Assembly (NCBI GenBank): GCA_003427395.1
Contig: BFEA01000014.1
Coordinates: 5,394,470 to 5,458,469, forward strand
From: Chara braunii
Taxonomy: Eukaryota; Plantae; Charophyceae
Length of the DNA: 64,000 nucleotides
Reading direction: 5' to 3'
The translations under genes and the position numbers were made by a program. The stretch's first letter is position 1; every line of letters begins with the position of its first letter. This document shows, in pieces, positions 39,387 through 53,150 of this stretch. Under the pieces are notes generated by a model. It saw only the letters and a list, made by a program, of their open reading frames with translations. It was not told the origin of the DNA and did not search any database.

Positions 39387-40760
39387 TCTAAGATCTTCTT
39401 GCAATCTCAATGGAGGCTAAGGACAGCAAAGGCCTTGTCACACAAGTCACCAATTTGAAACCCATGTCTATGTGCGTGTTGTGCATCAACGCGCAACCTC
39501 AGAAAGAAAGAACCAGCAAAAACGGTGTCCCTCCAGCCAAGAACGATCTCCAGCTCAAGAGTCCTCTCTCCAACCCTCAAAGCACATCCAGCTCCGAAGA
39601 GTTGTCCCGATGTTTGGACGATCAAGGGTTTGTCATTTCGTTCCGGCACGTCGTCTGTCCTTTCCCAGCCATCTCTCAAGAGTAGTGCCTGACCTGCTCA
39701 AGAGAGCTCTGAGGAAAAGCGCAGAAGTCTCACGAAATGAGGGCTCGTCAAATTCACCGAAACCTCGCAGAAAAGGAAAATGTTAAAATTGTTTGCAGTT
39801 CCACATTATGTCCCATTAGTTCGGGTTTGGACTTCGTTTCGCGTGAGCAGAGGTTCCTAACTTCCTGCCATCAGATCTCATGGGTGTGTCTCAGTCCATG
39901 TTTGGTAGGTCATTACACTACCCCCCTCTCAAGAGCAAGGCTCGCTTCCCTTTGTGCCTACGCTTTTCACATGTGTCTAGCAAATGGCTGATGTGTTAAC
40001 GTTTGAAAAAAGAAGCTACAGAACAAAACGGATTTAGGTCCTTCGGGACATCCACTTTGAGTGTTTTCCCCGCTGCAACCCTCAATGTAACGGCCACAGG
40101 TAGTGCCCTTGCCGGTCACACACACACTCGAGCCAACAGGCACTCAGACAGACCAGCAAGCACGCACCCACACAGACTTAGAAAACTCAGCAACAAGCGG
40201 GAAACTCACTAAGGCATACATTCCAGGAGCAAAACTCAGAAATCAGCTGTGTGTCTCAGTCCGTGTTGGCAGGTCATTACACTACCCCCCTCTCAAGAGC
40301 GAGGCTCGCTTCCCTTTGACGTGTGCCTAAGCGTTTCACATGTGTCTAGCAAATGGCTGATGTGCTGAAGTTTGAAAAAAGAAGCTGCAGATCCACAGCC
40401 CCAAATTCTTTTTTTCCCCGACTAATAAACGGCGCAAACGTATCCAAAAAAAAAAAAAAACGAGCAAGAGGGAACTCACTCACAGCACTTAACAGGCAAG
40501 AACTGAAAGTAAGCAACATCGGGCAAGAGGGAACTCACAGCACTTAACAGATTCTAGTGTCTCTATCAGTCTGAGAGGCTGTTAAGTACTGGCAGAGACA
40601 CTAGACTGTTCATTTGCTCAAACACCTGAAAACAGCCATTTCGGGAAAATGGACAACATCCGACATTTTATAATTCAACTTGCAACCTACTTGTTTGGCC
40701 TTAACAATTTAAGTCACAGTCCGAAAACTCCACACCCCCTTTCAGTTGGATGTATCCAGA

Positions 40761-40940
40761 CTTCAGCTAAGTCTAAACGGACCCTCAAGAGCTAAACCCA
40801 TGGCATTATTTGGGCCAAATAAGTAGGTTTCGGTTCCCTTCAAAAACTTCAGCTAAGTCCAAAGTTCCAAACGGACCCTCAAGAGCTAAACCCATGGCAT
40901 TATTAGGGCCAAATAAGTAGGTTTCGGTTCCCTTCAAAAA
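40761..40940. repeat. Tandem duplication, about 86 bp x2
   Basis: cttcagctaagtc...aaacggaccctcaagagctaaacccatggc...cccttcaaaa occurs twice. A separate ~140-bp duplication lies at about 39885 and 40250. Confidence 0.88.
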
Positions 40941-41364
40941 ATATAAAATGTCCGTTTTAGCGAAATTGCTGTTCAATGTTCAATCAGGCTATTCCCAGTG
41001 TACGAGGTTAGAGCTTTCCACTTTGAGCCTGGGCCGTTAGAGAGGCCTGTGGAGACAAAGTAAAAGTCCCAGTTGACAGACATTTGCTAAGTCAGACTCA
41101 GAGATGTGAAAAACACAACAACAACAAGGGGTCGGGAGGAGGGAGCAAAACAATAGGGGAAAAGATGGTTTCCTTGGCTACTGATTTCAAAGAACACTCA
41201 AAGGTATTAAGGCCTTGAAGTTCCCCAGGTAACAAACTTCCTTGTTGGTGATCGACGATGTATGTGACCACTAATGCGTTTACATGCATGCACACTCGCT
41301 GGTGCTGACTAGTACTACTACTGAGCCACCGACCACAGACACACTGTGACATACACACACACAC

Positions 41365-41409
<45 letters not shown>

Positions 41410-41546
41410 CCATCCAGACAAATGGCTGCATTATGCCAGATAAAGTGTCACACCTCCAAAAGGGGTCAAGAAAAGGAGGACAAGAAGCTCGGCTCAAGAC
41501 CAATCCAGGACATCACAAAGATTAGAGCCAGTGATCTCACCCTTAA

Positions 41547-41916
41547 ATCACCAATACCTTTAACTGCTTGAGAATCGATTCCGCACCGGGTAACACTGAA
41601 GCCAAGCGGGATCGGGCCTCCGTTGATAAATTGAATCGGCCTCCCATTTTCCGTCTCAGGCCTTTTTTTCTGCTCGCGGCCGGTATGTGGGAAAGGTATT
41701 GGTGGCTTAAGCCACCAGTAGCTTTCCCCGCTTAGAAAACAAATGCCCGCCGGTTAACACGGGAGGCGGGCAGGCTTGGCAGCACCGGCACGAAATGGCT
41801 GGTGGCACCAGCCAAATCGAGTTTAATCGAGGCCCGCGCCCGTTCGTCTTTTTTTGGCGCACAGCTCGATTCTAGGCTCGGCAACAATAACTGAGATTCT
41901 GAAAGGTACCAGTCGT
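41547..41916. mobile_element. Two adjacent family-B elements sharing one TTAA (41707-41710)
   Basis: TTAA-atcaccaataccttt...gggaaaggtattggtggc-TTAA-gccaccagtagctttccc...gaaaggtaccagtcgt-ctaa. Confidence 0.75.
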
Positions 41917-43208
41917 CTAATAACTGGATGTCTTGGCCACAACAACTGTGATCCTGTGTTTCAGAGTGGACCCCTACCGCTTTAACGCCCATTCTGTCCC
42001 TTCCTTTTTTTTAAGGGGGGGAGCGGGGGGAACTTTTGCTTGCACACCTACTTGAGGAGGTGATACGAGCAAACCCCTAAAATGGACCCCTTGCTTGAGC
42101 ACTCCTGTCTATTGCAGAATCACTGGGTGCAAAATTGCCCCACTGCCCTAGAGTGGACCCCTTGCTTGATCGCTCCTCTCTACTGGTTGGGAGCAGCACC
42201 GAGTACTGGAAAACGCGTCCAGCGTCCCTTACAGAAGCATCTGCTGGACTAACTTTTGGAAGTAGCAATTAAACTGTCACTCTTGATTTCAGCAGTCCTC
42301 CCAAGTGTGCCCCTTCTCGTTCGCAGAATACACCCTAATATGCCCATCACCTAGACCTGCCTGCTGGCCAGGCGCATACTATTCAAGCTTTATAACTGTT
42401 AGCTTCTGCAGTCCTCGCAAGTGCGCCCCTTTTCGGTCGCAGAATACCCCCTCATATGCCCATCACCTACGTGCTGGCCAGGTGCATACTATCCAAGCTT
42501 TAACTTTTGGAAGCAACAGTTCAACTATCACTCTTGGTTTCCGCAGTCCTCACCAGTGCGCCCCTTCTTGTTCGCAGAATAACCCCTCATATGCCCCTCA
42601 GATATCCAGGCTCGGTGCAAACCGATCCAATGCCACCTTCCTATAATAGGTTCATGGACATTGGTGGTCCTTTAAGAGACGAACCAGTCACAGAAAAAAA
42701 AAAAAAGAAAGTATCGAGCTCTTCCCCACACCTCCCGTAGGTTTGCCAACTCCAGGATCAGATCATTGCCACAGTGACATTCCTAAAAATAAGTTAGCTG
42801 CAACAGTGATGGTTTCTACGACAAGTACCCACCACCAAAAAAGAAGCATCAAGCTCTTCCCGACACAGCCCCTAAGTTTGCCAACTCCAGGATCGCTGGA
42901 GTGCCGCATTCCTAAGAATACGTCTCACCCCCCCTGGATTTTCCAACTCCAGGCCCTTCCCCAACAACCCCCCCACTAGGCTTATAACTCCAGGGTCGGT
43001 GACATCATCAAGCGCTTCCCGACACCCCACCTAAGTTCACCAACTCCAGGAGCAATGAAATGCCATATTCCTAAAAATAGCTCTGCCAACTCCAGGGTTC
43101 GTGGAATGCCACGTTCCTAAAAATAGTTTCAAGTGTGATGGACGGTCGTGGTTAGAAACAAACTTCCCAAAGGGCTCACCAAATTTTCTCATTTTAATTT
43201 TTGAACTT

Positions 43209-43250
43209 TTGAACCCATGACCAATCGGTTAACAGCCGGCCGCTCTACCA
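43209..43250 (-). pseudogene. trnN: Organelle/bacterial-type tRNA-Asn(GTT) fragment
   Basis: Reverse complement tggtagagcggccggctGTTaaccgattggtcatgggttcaa covers the D-loop to T-loop of a trnN-GUU. Acceptor stem absent. Confidence 0.75.
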
Positions 43251-43674
43251 AGGCGACACAGTGACTGCCTCTGGGTGGAAATCAGAATGCAGGTTGTCTT
43301 CTGCGGCAGAGCGCAGGTATGTTTGTTGCCCCGCTACCGGACTGTTACTAAAAATAAATGCAGGTCATCTTCGCACATCTGCGGGTCAAACTCGTGGAGA
43401 ATTACATGTGAGCTTTTGTTTTTCTTTTTCTTTTTTTTAAGAAAGAAAGCCAGTCGGTCAGCTAGGAGAGGTGAGGCGCTAGGCTAAACTTTATATTTAT
43501 ATGTGATCTTAATTTCATTTATATATGAACTCTTGTCTACAAATCTAGTGAACATCTGNAGGAGAGGTGAGGCGCTAGGCTAAACTTTATATTTATATGT
43601 GATCTTAATTTCATTTATATATGAACTCTTGTCTACAAATCTAGTGAACATCTGAGATGCACGACTTGGACATA

Positions 43675-44133
43675 GGGCGTCGTTCGACACTCCTCGGGGA
43701 CGCGATTCCGAGGATTTCGTCTTCGTTCCACCTGTCCTCGGAGATGAAATCGGAAATGAAAATGTGAAAACACTCCGAGGGCAAATCCTTGGGCTCCGAG
43801 GATTTCCCAGCCAAATCGTCCTCGGCTCCAAGGAACCTCGCGAGGTCCCTTGGAGCCCGAGGATCCGTGTTTCATGGAGAGGAGAGGGCATGCACGTAGA
43901 GATACGTTACAACCAAGAATTCTGATCGTGGCAGCACCCTATTGGCTGAAAGCCCGAAGCACAACTTTTTTTCTTTTTTTTTTTTACTTTTTTTTTTCTG
44001 ACATTGCTCCGAGAATGAGTCCTAAAACCGATGCTCCGAGGATGAGTGGAACGAAGACGACAAAAACCCTAAACTTTTCCAAGGATTCATCCTCGGAGCC
44101 CGAGGATGGCCCGAGGAGTATCGAACGACGCCC
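43675..44133. mobile_element. PIF/Harbinger (Tourist-like) MITE, 459 bp
   Basis: TIR gggcgtcgttcga(c/t)actcctcggg; 3-bp TSD ATA (43672-43674, 44134-44136); empty site ggacatatt at about 45395; many internal ccgagg/cctcgg motifs. Confidence 0.88.
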
Positions 44134-44197
44134 ATATTCAAATGAAATGTCCGGTGCGGTGAGGTGAGGTGAGGTGAGGCGCTAACTTTATATGTGA

Positions 44198-44315
44198 TTT
44201 TTTTTTATTTTTTTTTATTTTTGGACAATTTCTCGATTTATGTGTGTCATCCTTCCGCAGAGGCCATGCTAATCTTCTCTGCATCATTCCAATTTTAACG
44301 GATGTCCCAAAGGAC
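44198..44315 (-). pseudogene. U6: U6 snRNA-derived retrocopy 2, full length with poly(A) tail
   Basis: Reverse complement gtcctttgggacatccgttaaaattggaatgatgcagagaagattagcatggcctctgcggaaggatgacacacataaatcgagaaattgtccaa plus A-tail. TSD tttatatgtga at 44187-44197 and 44325-44335. Confidence 0.95.
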
Positions 44316-44335
44316 ACTTTTTAATTTATATGTGA

Positions 44336-45320
44336 GGGGTAACTTCGGTGCAGTCACGAAAATAGTTTGTAATTGCATTCGAAACACCGATTTCGCACTT
44401 CAGTCAGGGGCCGAGTTTCAATTGCGGTTGAAACTCGTCCGTATGCAGTTCAGTCAGGGCCCTCGTCTATCCACGAACAGCAGATAAAAAAAAAAAAAAA
44501 AGCATCCCTTATGCTGTGATTGCGGTCCGATACAGGATGCTACAGTACTTGTCTGGAACTGAACGAAGCGAGGCAGTTAGCTGCCTCGCGTGAAATCCGC
44601 CCTGCCTGGCTGGCAGGGCGCTACAAGGACCTCACAACAAAAAGCAAACAAAGGAAACGACATGTCTCACGCTCCTCACATACTGGCCAGATACATTCCT
44701 TAAAGCACTGGTGTAACTTTCACCTAAGTGGATTCATACTTCCTCATTTCTTTTCTTTTCTTTTTTCTCTTTTTCTTTCCTTTTTCCTGTTTGGCCTCCA
44801 TGATCCCTCTGAATTGTGTAGGGCGGCCCCTCCACGCCCCGCCACGCGACATCTGGGCCGCGGCCAATCTGGGCCGTGGCCAATCTGGGGTGTGGCCAAG
44901 ACATCTCGGCCGTGGCCAATCTGGGGTGTGGCCGAGACATCTCGGCCGTGGCCAGTTTGGGGTGTNGCCGAGACATCTCGGCTGTGGCCCAACCGTGGGG
45001 CTGTTTTTGTTTTGTTTTTTGCTTTTTTTCCAGCCGCGGTGCGGCGCGCGACCGGAAAAAAAAACAAAAAACAAAAAACAAAAAAACAACGAAGAAAGAA
45101 AGAAACGGCCACGGCACGGCACACGACGGAAAAAAAAAAAAAAAAAAAAAAAAAGAAACGGCCATGTGCCTGACTGAACTGCTAGAAAAAGCCAGCCCGA
45201 GTTTCAAACTGCTAAAACACAGTTTCAAATGCACTTGAAACTCGGGCCCTGACTAAACTGCTAAAACGCAGTTTCAAATGCAATTACAAACTGTAACCCT
45301 GACTGCGCCGTAGTTTTCTC
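44336..45320. mobile_element. Non-autonomous Mutator-like element (MULE)
   Basis: Imperfect ~90-bp TIRs (ggggtaacttcggtgcagtca...gtttgtaattgcattcgaaac versus reverse complement at about 45240-45320). 9-bp TSD tatatgtga at 44327-44335 and 45321-45329. Internal 33-bp tandem repeat at about 44847-44990. Confidence 0.85.
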
Positions 45321-45597
45321 TATATGTGATCTTAATTTCATTTATATATGAACTCTTGTCTACAAATCTAGTGAACATCTGGGATGCACCACTTGGACAT
45401 ATTAAAATGAAAATGTCCGATGAGGTGACCGTACCACACTCAGTCAGTCTCAGACTGGTGCACTGCATATAGTCACAGGAAGATACGCTGTCAATCGTAT
45501 CAGGGAGAAAGGGCGAAAAGGACAAAAAAGTTTAAAAAACGCAGGGCTGTCACAGACTGACTGTCTTGAAACTGAACATGACGTGTACCATCCTTCA

Positions 45598-45702
45598 GCC
45601 TTCAGGACGTCCGTTAAAATTGGATCGATACTGAGAGTCTGAGAGGACTAGCATGACTCCTGTGCAAGGATGACATGCCCAAATTTAGAAACGGCCCAAC
45701 TT
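45598..45702 (+). pseudogene. U6: U6 snRNA-derived copy 3 (diverged)
   Basis: ggacgtccgttaaaattggatcgatactgaga...tagcatgactcctgtgcaaggatgacatgcccaaatttagaaacggcccaa, followed by A-rich sequence. Confidence 0.85.
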
Positions 45703-47060
45703 GAAATTGGTGGAAAAAGAAAAAACCAACAACGACGCCTACCACTGACTTCTTTTTTTTTTTTTTTGTTGTTAAGAATCTATTTCTTTTTTCCTTCAAA
45801 AAAAAAAAAAAAAACACTGACATTTGACTCCGATAAGCCTCGCCACACCTCTCACCAAATGAGAAAACAGCAAATTTAAAGAACTATTACTTCCATGTTC
45901 TAGTGGAAGATTCGTTCTCATTTTGCACATTGGCTAGGAGGCCAGCTGAGAGCGGATGTCTGATCATTATGATATTGTTATTTGATGAATTTGAATTACT
46001 TCACAGCCATCAAAATACACGCACTTCCCTCTTTTTTTTCCCTTCATTTTCTTTCTTTTGTATTATGCTTTTTTACTTTTCGAGTTGAGTGTCTGTCATC
46101 TTTCGGCATGATGCTGCACAGCTGCATACTAGTGAACTCCGAACAACGCTTCGAAAGTGCACTGCGTGATTGCATTGTTGTGATCTGGTCCATGTTGGCC
46201 TTCAGATGCAACCATGAAATCAAACGTTTGGGAAGGGCTTGAGAAGGACTAGAAGCAGATACCCATCTGATTGGCTCCTTGGCCCCCTCTTCAAGGGATA
46301 ACAATGGAGCCCAGCACTGCAGTGTTCTTTTCCATCCTCACCATCAACGAAGAGCAAAGAGATGTGGCACCCAACCAGGCAAAAGGTTTTCATCATGCCC
46401 AAAAGAAACGAAAACAACAGGACTCGGTTCAAATCAGTGACGCGACACAGAAGACGTTATTATGTGTGAGGTTGCCTCCTGGACACAGGTGTGGCAAATG
46501 GCATGCTGCTAGCAGACCAGAACAGCATACAATGGGCATTGGTAGCGCCGTTCAGACAAGCCATCTTGTGACAATCCCAACATAACCCGCAGCTAAATAC
46601 GGCATGAGGTGACACAGATACAATAGTCCTCAGGGCAACGGCTCCCGTGTTCAGGACCATGTGGTCCTACATAACCCGCATCTACATGTATCAGGACAGT
46701 CACTGCTTTTTTGTACCAGAAACATTAAATTTGCTCGAAGTTCGAACCATGCCAGTGTGGTCCTTTTTGCGATTATCAGACAGTACACATCTCACTGTCT
46801 GTGTAAATGAGGGCAGAGAAGTATCCAGTTTGACGAAGGATAAAACGCTCATATGCCCAAATCCTGACACATCATAGACTTCTCTGAAGCATCCCTGAGA
46901 TTTGTGTGTGCCTATGTGCATCATGTCTTGTGTGTAAGATCACCTAGTAATATCAACACCAGATCCAGGCAGAATCTCATGCCGGTGTGTCTGTGTAACT
47001 CAGGAAGATAATTATCTGGCTTGATGAAGGATACACGATCAGCGGTGCGACTCCGCATGG

Positions 47061-47722
47061 GGCCTGGACCCCACAGGGAAAAACCGTGGAAAAGCGGCGT
47101 GGAAAAACTTATCTCAGACTCCATCGGACAAAGCAGGCCCTGGACACTAAGTGCTGGACAATTTGATCCGTTCAGTGCTGGAGCTAACGCGTTAAGTGTC
47201 CCGCCTGGGGAGTATGCCCGCAAGAGTGAAACTCAAAGTGTGGAAAGCCGATTTCACGACTGCGGGGAGGTTTTCCGGGACCCCACACCCTGGAATATGG
47301 TACCTGGAAACTTTCCACATTTTTTGTTTTCACATCGGGAAAAGTGGCTGTGGAGGAGTGTCCGCCGTATTTTTCTGCCCTTTCCAGAGAGTAGGGGGTG
47401 GGGGGGGCAAGTCCATGGTTGGAAGTTCCTCGCCAACCCACCGGCCCATCCATTGTCCGCCCAATGCCGTTCCCTGGTCCACTGGACAGGGCTACGGACA
47501 TGCTGTTGTCGCCCAATAGGGGGGAAACAGCCCTTCGAACGGACATCAGCGACCACCATCAGGTCCATCTCCAGTTTCCAGCCTTTCCAAGCTCATGGAA
47601 ACTGGCTTTTCCAGTCACTCTGATGGGGTCCCGTCATTCCGCGGGCAAACTCTTCCAAACACTCTTCCACATAAACGCGAAACTCGTCACTTTTCCAACA
47701 GTTTTCCTGTGGGGTCCAGGCC
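47061..47722. mobile_element. MITE with TIR ggcctggaccccacagg (Harbinger-like)
   Basis: Inverted termini at 47061-47082 and 47702-47722; internal tggaaa/tttcca motifs; TSD not conserved. Confidence 0.75.
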
Positions 47723-47842
47723 TAAGTCATATGTTTCTCTGAAGCAGCCCTAAGCTCTGTGAGTGCGCGGGTGTGTGAAGTATCTGTGTAAAATCCAACT
47801 GTTATCAAATTGAAATACAATATCCGCCCAAAATCTCATGTG

Positions 47843-47942
47843 GTCCCTCGTCTCATCCGTGTAAATTGGAACAATACAGAGAAGGCTAGCATGGCCCCTG
47901 CGCAAGGATGTCACGGGTAAACCGAGAAATGGTCCAAATTTT
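47843..47942 (+). pseudogene. U6: U6 snRNA-derived copy 4
   Basis: gtccc...catccgtgtaaattggaacaatacagagaaggctagcatggcccctgcgcaaggatgtcacgggtaaaccgagaaatggtccaaatttt, then an A-rich tail. Confidence 0.92.
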
Positions 47943-49181
47943 ATATTAAAAAAAATAATAACAATCATTTCAAAAAAAGGGAAAAACTGCCGCAGCTGTG
48001 TGGCACTTTTAGTTTGAAATAGGCAAGAAAAGACAAGTGGTGCCTGTGTCATGGTGTGAGTTTCAAAATGTGCAAGTTCAGCGGGGGTCTAAAACTGTGG
48101 TAGTCATTACCCGCACAGGCGCTTGGCAGATTAAGGGTCACCTTTTTTACTCCATTAATTTTTGGGAACTGCTAAAGTTGCCTATGATCCTGAATGCTGC
48201 GTGTGTCACTGTGTGACTCGAACGTAGTACTTGCCCCTTCTGCAGCCTCCCTGAGCTCTGTGCGTGCATCCATCATGTATGGTATGTGTCTAAAATCAAA
48301 ACCCCAAATCCACACAGGTTGTGACGAGTGAAAGGATGGCCACATTTGATGGGAAGTCGGGAACAGTGCCAGTTGCCCAAACAATAATCTTCCTGAAAGG
48401 CCCATTCGTTAAAAAAGATGGTGCGCGCAGCTAAGAGCCAGGCTGAGCCTGAACCCAACAGCAAACTCAAAGCCGCATGCATTGGCACAAACGGCCGTCC
48501 TCAGAAAAACATTCGAGCAATTTGAGAAGCAACCCATGGACCAAGTCAAAGGCATTTCTGTCTTAGGCCACGAGTACCTCACCCAGCTATTGATGCCGAG
48601 CCTGAATTTGACCTGCGTACCAAAAGAAGAGTTGCCTGCTTTTGCCTGGCGCTGACAGCCATTCGGTCCAGTAAAAATGCAGCCGTAAATGAGCCGCATA
48701 TTTGTTTTCCAAGCAGGGAAAAACACTGCGGCTTAAACCACCAGTACACAACCATATATCAGCTGTGGGCCTCTCACCGCCAATTTTGAAGGCGCCAATT
48801 TCAAAGGCCTGAAATGTGACGCCGCCCATTGATGAAATTTATCAACGCGGCCCACTTGCGCCACGGCATTTTCAGAGTAGGTTACCAGAAGTTTCTCCAC
48901 AAGGCTGGGGGCCTGGGCCCATGTACTAGCGGATTAAGAGTCCTAACATGTTACCTGCTGTCATATCGGGCACGGGCAAAAAGGCTCACGTGACGGACCG
49001 ATGGTCCAAAGATCAATTCCCGAAACCACATAGGAAGTGAATGGCCCGCAAGTACGAGATGATTGTAGCCACTCAATCTACCAAGGAAGAGCGCTAGCAG
49101 GGAAGACAGCCCACGGCTTTGAATCACGACTTCACAAATTGGAATGTGGCCTCAAAAAAAAAAAAAAAAAAAAAAAAAGAC

Positions 49182-49245
<64 letters not shown>

Positions 49246-52200
49246 CTGATGCCAATCACTAAGAAGAAAGGAAGGGAAAGAGAAGAGTGGAACAAAAGAA
49301 GAGGTTACAGAGGGCACCAGGACTCCAGGAGACTGGAGAGAACTGAGGTTCCCAAGAAACACCAAGATTGGAAAAGCCCTAATGACCAAGTTCAGTACGT
49401 TTCACAGTACCTCTTCCATACAGAGGTTTGTTTCTTGATATCTAATGGAGTGGATGCAAAGGCACAAACAGACCCATCTCCAGCCTTGGGGAACATTACA
49501 AAGAACAGGGCAGGAGAAAAGGTCTCCTTTTCTTTTTTTTTTCCATCGCTCCCGGTTTCGTATATCCTTCTCCTTTATTTTTGGTCACTCGTCAAAAGCC
49601 TTTTGCTCCAAGTTTCCAGCGGAGACGAAACTTCGTAGTAACTTCCAGCAGAGAGTGCATCTCAAGTCCCAGCTGGCAGGTAGCATTCATGAATTGTCGC
49701 TTAGCAATTCAGAGAAGGTCTAAACGGGTCTTAGACTAGAGGAGGAAGGTAGCGAAGGTCTAAACAGGTCGAGAGGAGGAAGTTTGAGAGGGGTGGAGTG
49801 AGGAGTCTGACACCTTTCTTTTCATTTTTCCACGTTGGACTACTTTCGACCTACTCTTGCATTTTCCTTCGAATCGGGAGTGGTGGAGTGAGGCCCTTGG
49901 TGGTTTGGAATTCCCAAGTTTTTTCTTTTTTCTTTATCCGTCTTTTTCAAAAACATTCATCCTCTTAACTAGCTATTTTCTTCCTGCGTGTGAGTTGACC
50001 TATCGGGCTGCTGAAAGGCTCTAAGGCGGGTGGTTTTCGGTCCGAATGATCCTTGGATCAATGGTTTGGGGTTAGAGAAATTCAATGTTCTTGACATCTT
50101 GTGTATATCGCATAGCAAAAAAACAAAAAGGAAAAAAAAAGGAACACCTATAACATTAGCTGGTGCTCGGTCTACAGGAGCTTTGGGGAACGAGATTACT
50201 ATAGGATGCTGCTCGTATCAGTTCCCGTAGTGGACTTGGCCCCGGTTTTGGTAAAGGAAAAAAAAATCCAGGTCGGGAAACAGGGTCTCGGAGTGACTGG
50301 TGGTTTTAACTCGAAGCTTTTCCACAACCTCTCTTAAACCACAAGTACCTTTCCCCGCTTGGAAATCCGAGGCGCGGCGGTTAATACCGATCCGAGGCCC
50401 CTTATTCAGTCTCCGGCTCCGACCAGGTACATCGCCCGCCCTTGGCGCACAGNNNNNNNNNNNNNNNNNNNNNNNNNNNNNNNNNNNNNNNNNNNNNNNN
50501 NNNNNNNNNNNNNNNNNNNNNNNNNNNNNNNNNNNNNNNNNNNNNNNNNNNNNNNNNNNNNNNNNNNNNNNNNNNNNNNNNNNNNNNNNNNNNNNNNNNN
50601 NNNNNNNNNNNNNNNNNNNNNNNNNNNNNNNNNNNNNNNNNNNNNNNNNNNNNNNNNNNNNNNNNNNNNNNNNNNNNNNNNNNNNNNNNNNNNNNNNNNN
50701 NNNNNNNNNNNNNNNNNNNNNNNNNNNNNNNNNNNNNNNNNNNNNNNNNNNNNNNNNNNNNNNNNNNNNNNNNNNNNNNNNNNNNNNNNNNNNNNNNNNN
50801 NNNNNNNNNNNNNNNNNNNNNNNNNNNNNNNNNNNNNNNNNNNNNNNNNNNNNNNNNNNNNNNNNNNNNNNNNNNNNNNNNNNNNNNNNNNNNNNNNNNN
50901 NNNNNNNNNNNNNNNNNNNNNNNNNNNNNNNNNNNNNNNNNNNNNNNNNNNNNNNNNNNNNNNNNNNNNNNNNNNNNNNNNNNNNNNNNNNNNNNNNNNN
51001 NNNNNNNNNNNNNNNNNNNNNNNNNNNNNNNNNNNNNNNNNNNNNNNNNNNNNNNNNNNNNNNNNNNNNNNNNNNNNNNNNNNCCATTGTGGTCCGGTAG
51101 CCTCGCGCCCCAAAAAGTTCGGAGTCGGCAACCCGCGACTAATTCTCTGCAAGGCCGGGGCCGTGCACTGGCGGTTATGCCACCAGTACCCCGCCCAGCC
51201 GTTGTGCACTGGCGTTTTAAACCAGCAGTACCCTGCCCAGCCATTGATGCCGAGCCAAAATTCGCCCTCCGTGCCCAAAAAAAGGAAAAAACGAACCGAA
51301 GCGGGCCTGCTTTTTGGGCTGGCACCACCAGCCATTTTGGTCCAGCACCCGACCCCTGAAAGTCACCACGGTGTTACACTGGTGTATGCGCCGAGACTCT
51401 GGAAAAATAGCTTGCCGGGCTTCTGGTGGTTTAAGACTTAAGTTCACAAAGCCACTCCCCAGCAAGTCTTTCTTTTTTTTGGGTTTAGCTCGCAATCTTT
51501 CCACCACTTTACATAGCTCGTTCACCTGTCTCTACAATGCAGCTATGTATTACTTATACGACAAGAGCCCATTCACCTGTCGATACATACATTGTCAATA
51601 CTCTGATGTATTAGTACTCATTATACAAACCAAAGGGCCCCCTTGACAGCAGAGCAGCAGATCATACTTCGACAAACTGAAGTGGCTTCGCAAAGTTCTC
51701 CAGCAACCCTTTTTTTTCGCGTTTAGCTCGCAATTTTTTTCCCGGGTGTAACTTAGCTTGCGATCCCTCCTCTAGTTTTCAGTCCGCTATGCCTTACGCA
51801 TACCAACCGCAGTGCCCCCTTGATAGCAGAGCAGCACGTTGTTAAGATCTGCCTTCCCTGATTTGTCCCTTTGCTTTAAACAAGTCCTGATCATTCCTTC
51901 GCTTTTTTTTTTTTTTTTTTTTTTNNNNNNNNNNNNNNNNNNNNNNNNNNNNNNNNNNNNNNNNNNNNNNNNNNNNNNNNNNNNNNNNNNNNNNNNNNNN
52001 NNNNNNNNNNNNNNNNNNNNNNNNNNNNNNNNNNNNNNNNNNNNNNNNNNNNNNNNNNNNNNNNNNNNNNNNNNNNNNNNNNNNNNNNNNNNNNNNNNNN
52101 NNNNNNNNNNNNNNNNNNNNNNNNNNNNNNNNNNNNNNNNNNNNNNNNNNNNNNNNNNNNNNNNNNNNNNNNNNNNNNNNNNNNNNNNNNNNNNNNNNNN

Positions 52201-53150
52201 NNNNNNNNNNNNNNNNNNNNNNNNNNNNNNNNNNNNNNNNNNNNNNNNNNNNNNNNNACCGAGCTTCTTCGATGGGCCAGTCACTGTGCCTCCCCTCCAG
52301 TCCCCTCCCCCTATGAACATCAGCAGTCTCTGCTCAATGCCACTCGCTTTTCTGCATCCTGCTGATCATTCTTCTTCTTCTTTTTTTTTGTCCCTCGTGA
52401 TCATTCTTCGCTTTCGTGGATCCTGATTTTTTCTTTGCTTTCATTAAGGTCTCTCTCTCTTGCACGTTCTTTATCTGTCCACTGCCGATGACTGCAATAA
52501 CTTTCAAAATGCAAAAGCCGCTAATCTCAGCAAATGAGGGAAACCGGAGGGGAAAAAAAAAAAAAAAAAAAAAAAAAAAACACGCACAAGGGAAACAAAG
52601 TATGAATTAACTTTCAAACTTGAATCACAACTGAACTTCGTATCACTGAAAGGGAAAGGAAGCCAAAGTAAACTAACAAAAAACGAAATTTAATAAAGAA
52701 GAAAAAAAACGATGTAGACAAAACCGCACACACCTGCACTTGGGACACGGACCCACCACCACAGCACAGAGGGTCTAGTTGCATCACTCCGGGTCACCGC
52801 CATTACTTCAAACGCATACGGACAGGTGGGCTGTCCACATGCATTCAAAATCTTTGTGGATGGCAAGTGGCTCAACTAGGCCCAGAAAGTGGGGTCATCG
52901 TATCCACCATTAATTTAAAACAGTCTGAGGGTGTACTCACACTGGCTCTAATATCTTAATGCATCTAACCATATCTACCGCCGCACCTTCATGCACCTGA
53001 CCGCAATCACATCCGTAAATGAAGTAAAAATGTACTAGAGGTACTAAAAAAAATTGAAGGACATAACAACATGATTGTCACTTCATACGTGCAAGATTGC
53101 GAAGAGTGGGGGAAAAAAAAAAGTGCCATAACACTGAGAAGGAAGTAAGC

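Noticed and set aside
44198-47942. Functional U6 gene cluster
   Set aside because: Copies carry substitutions in conserved positions, have A-tails or TSDs, and share no upstream promoter sequence.
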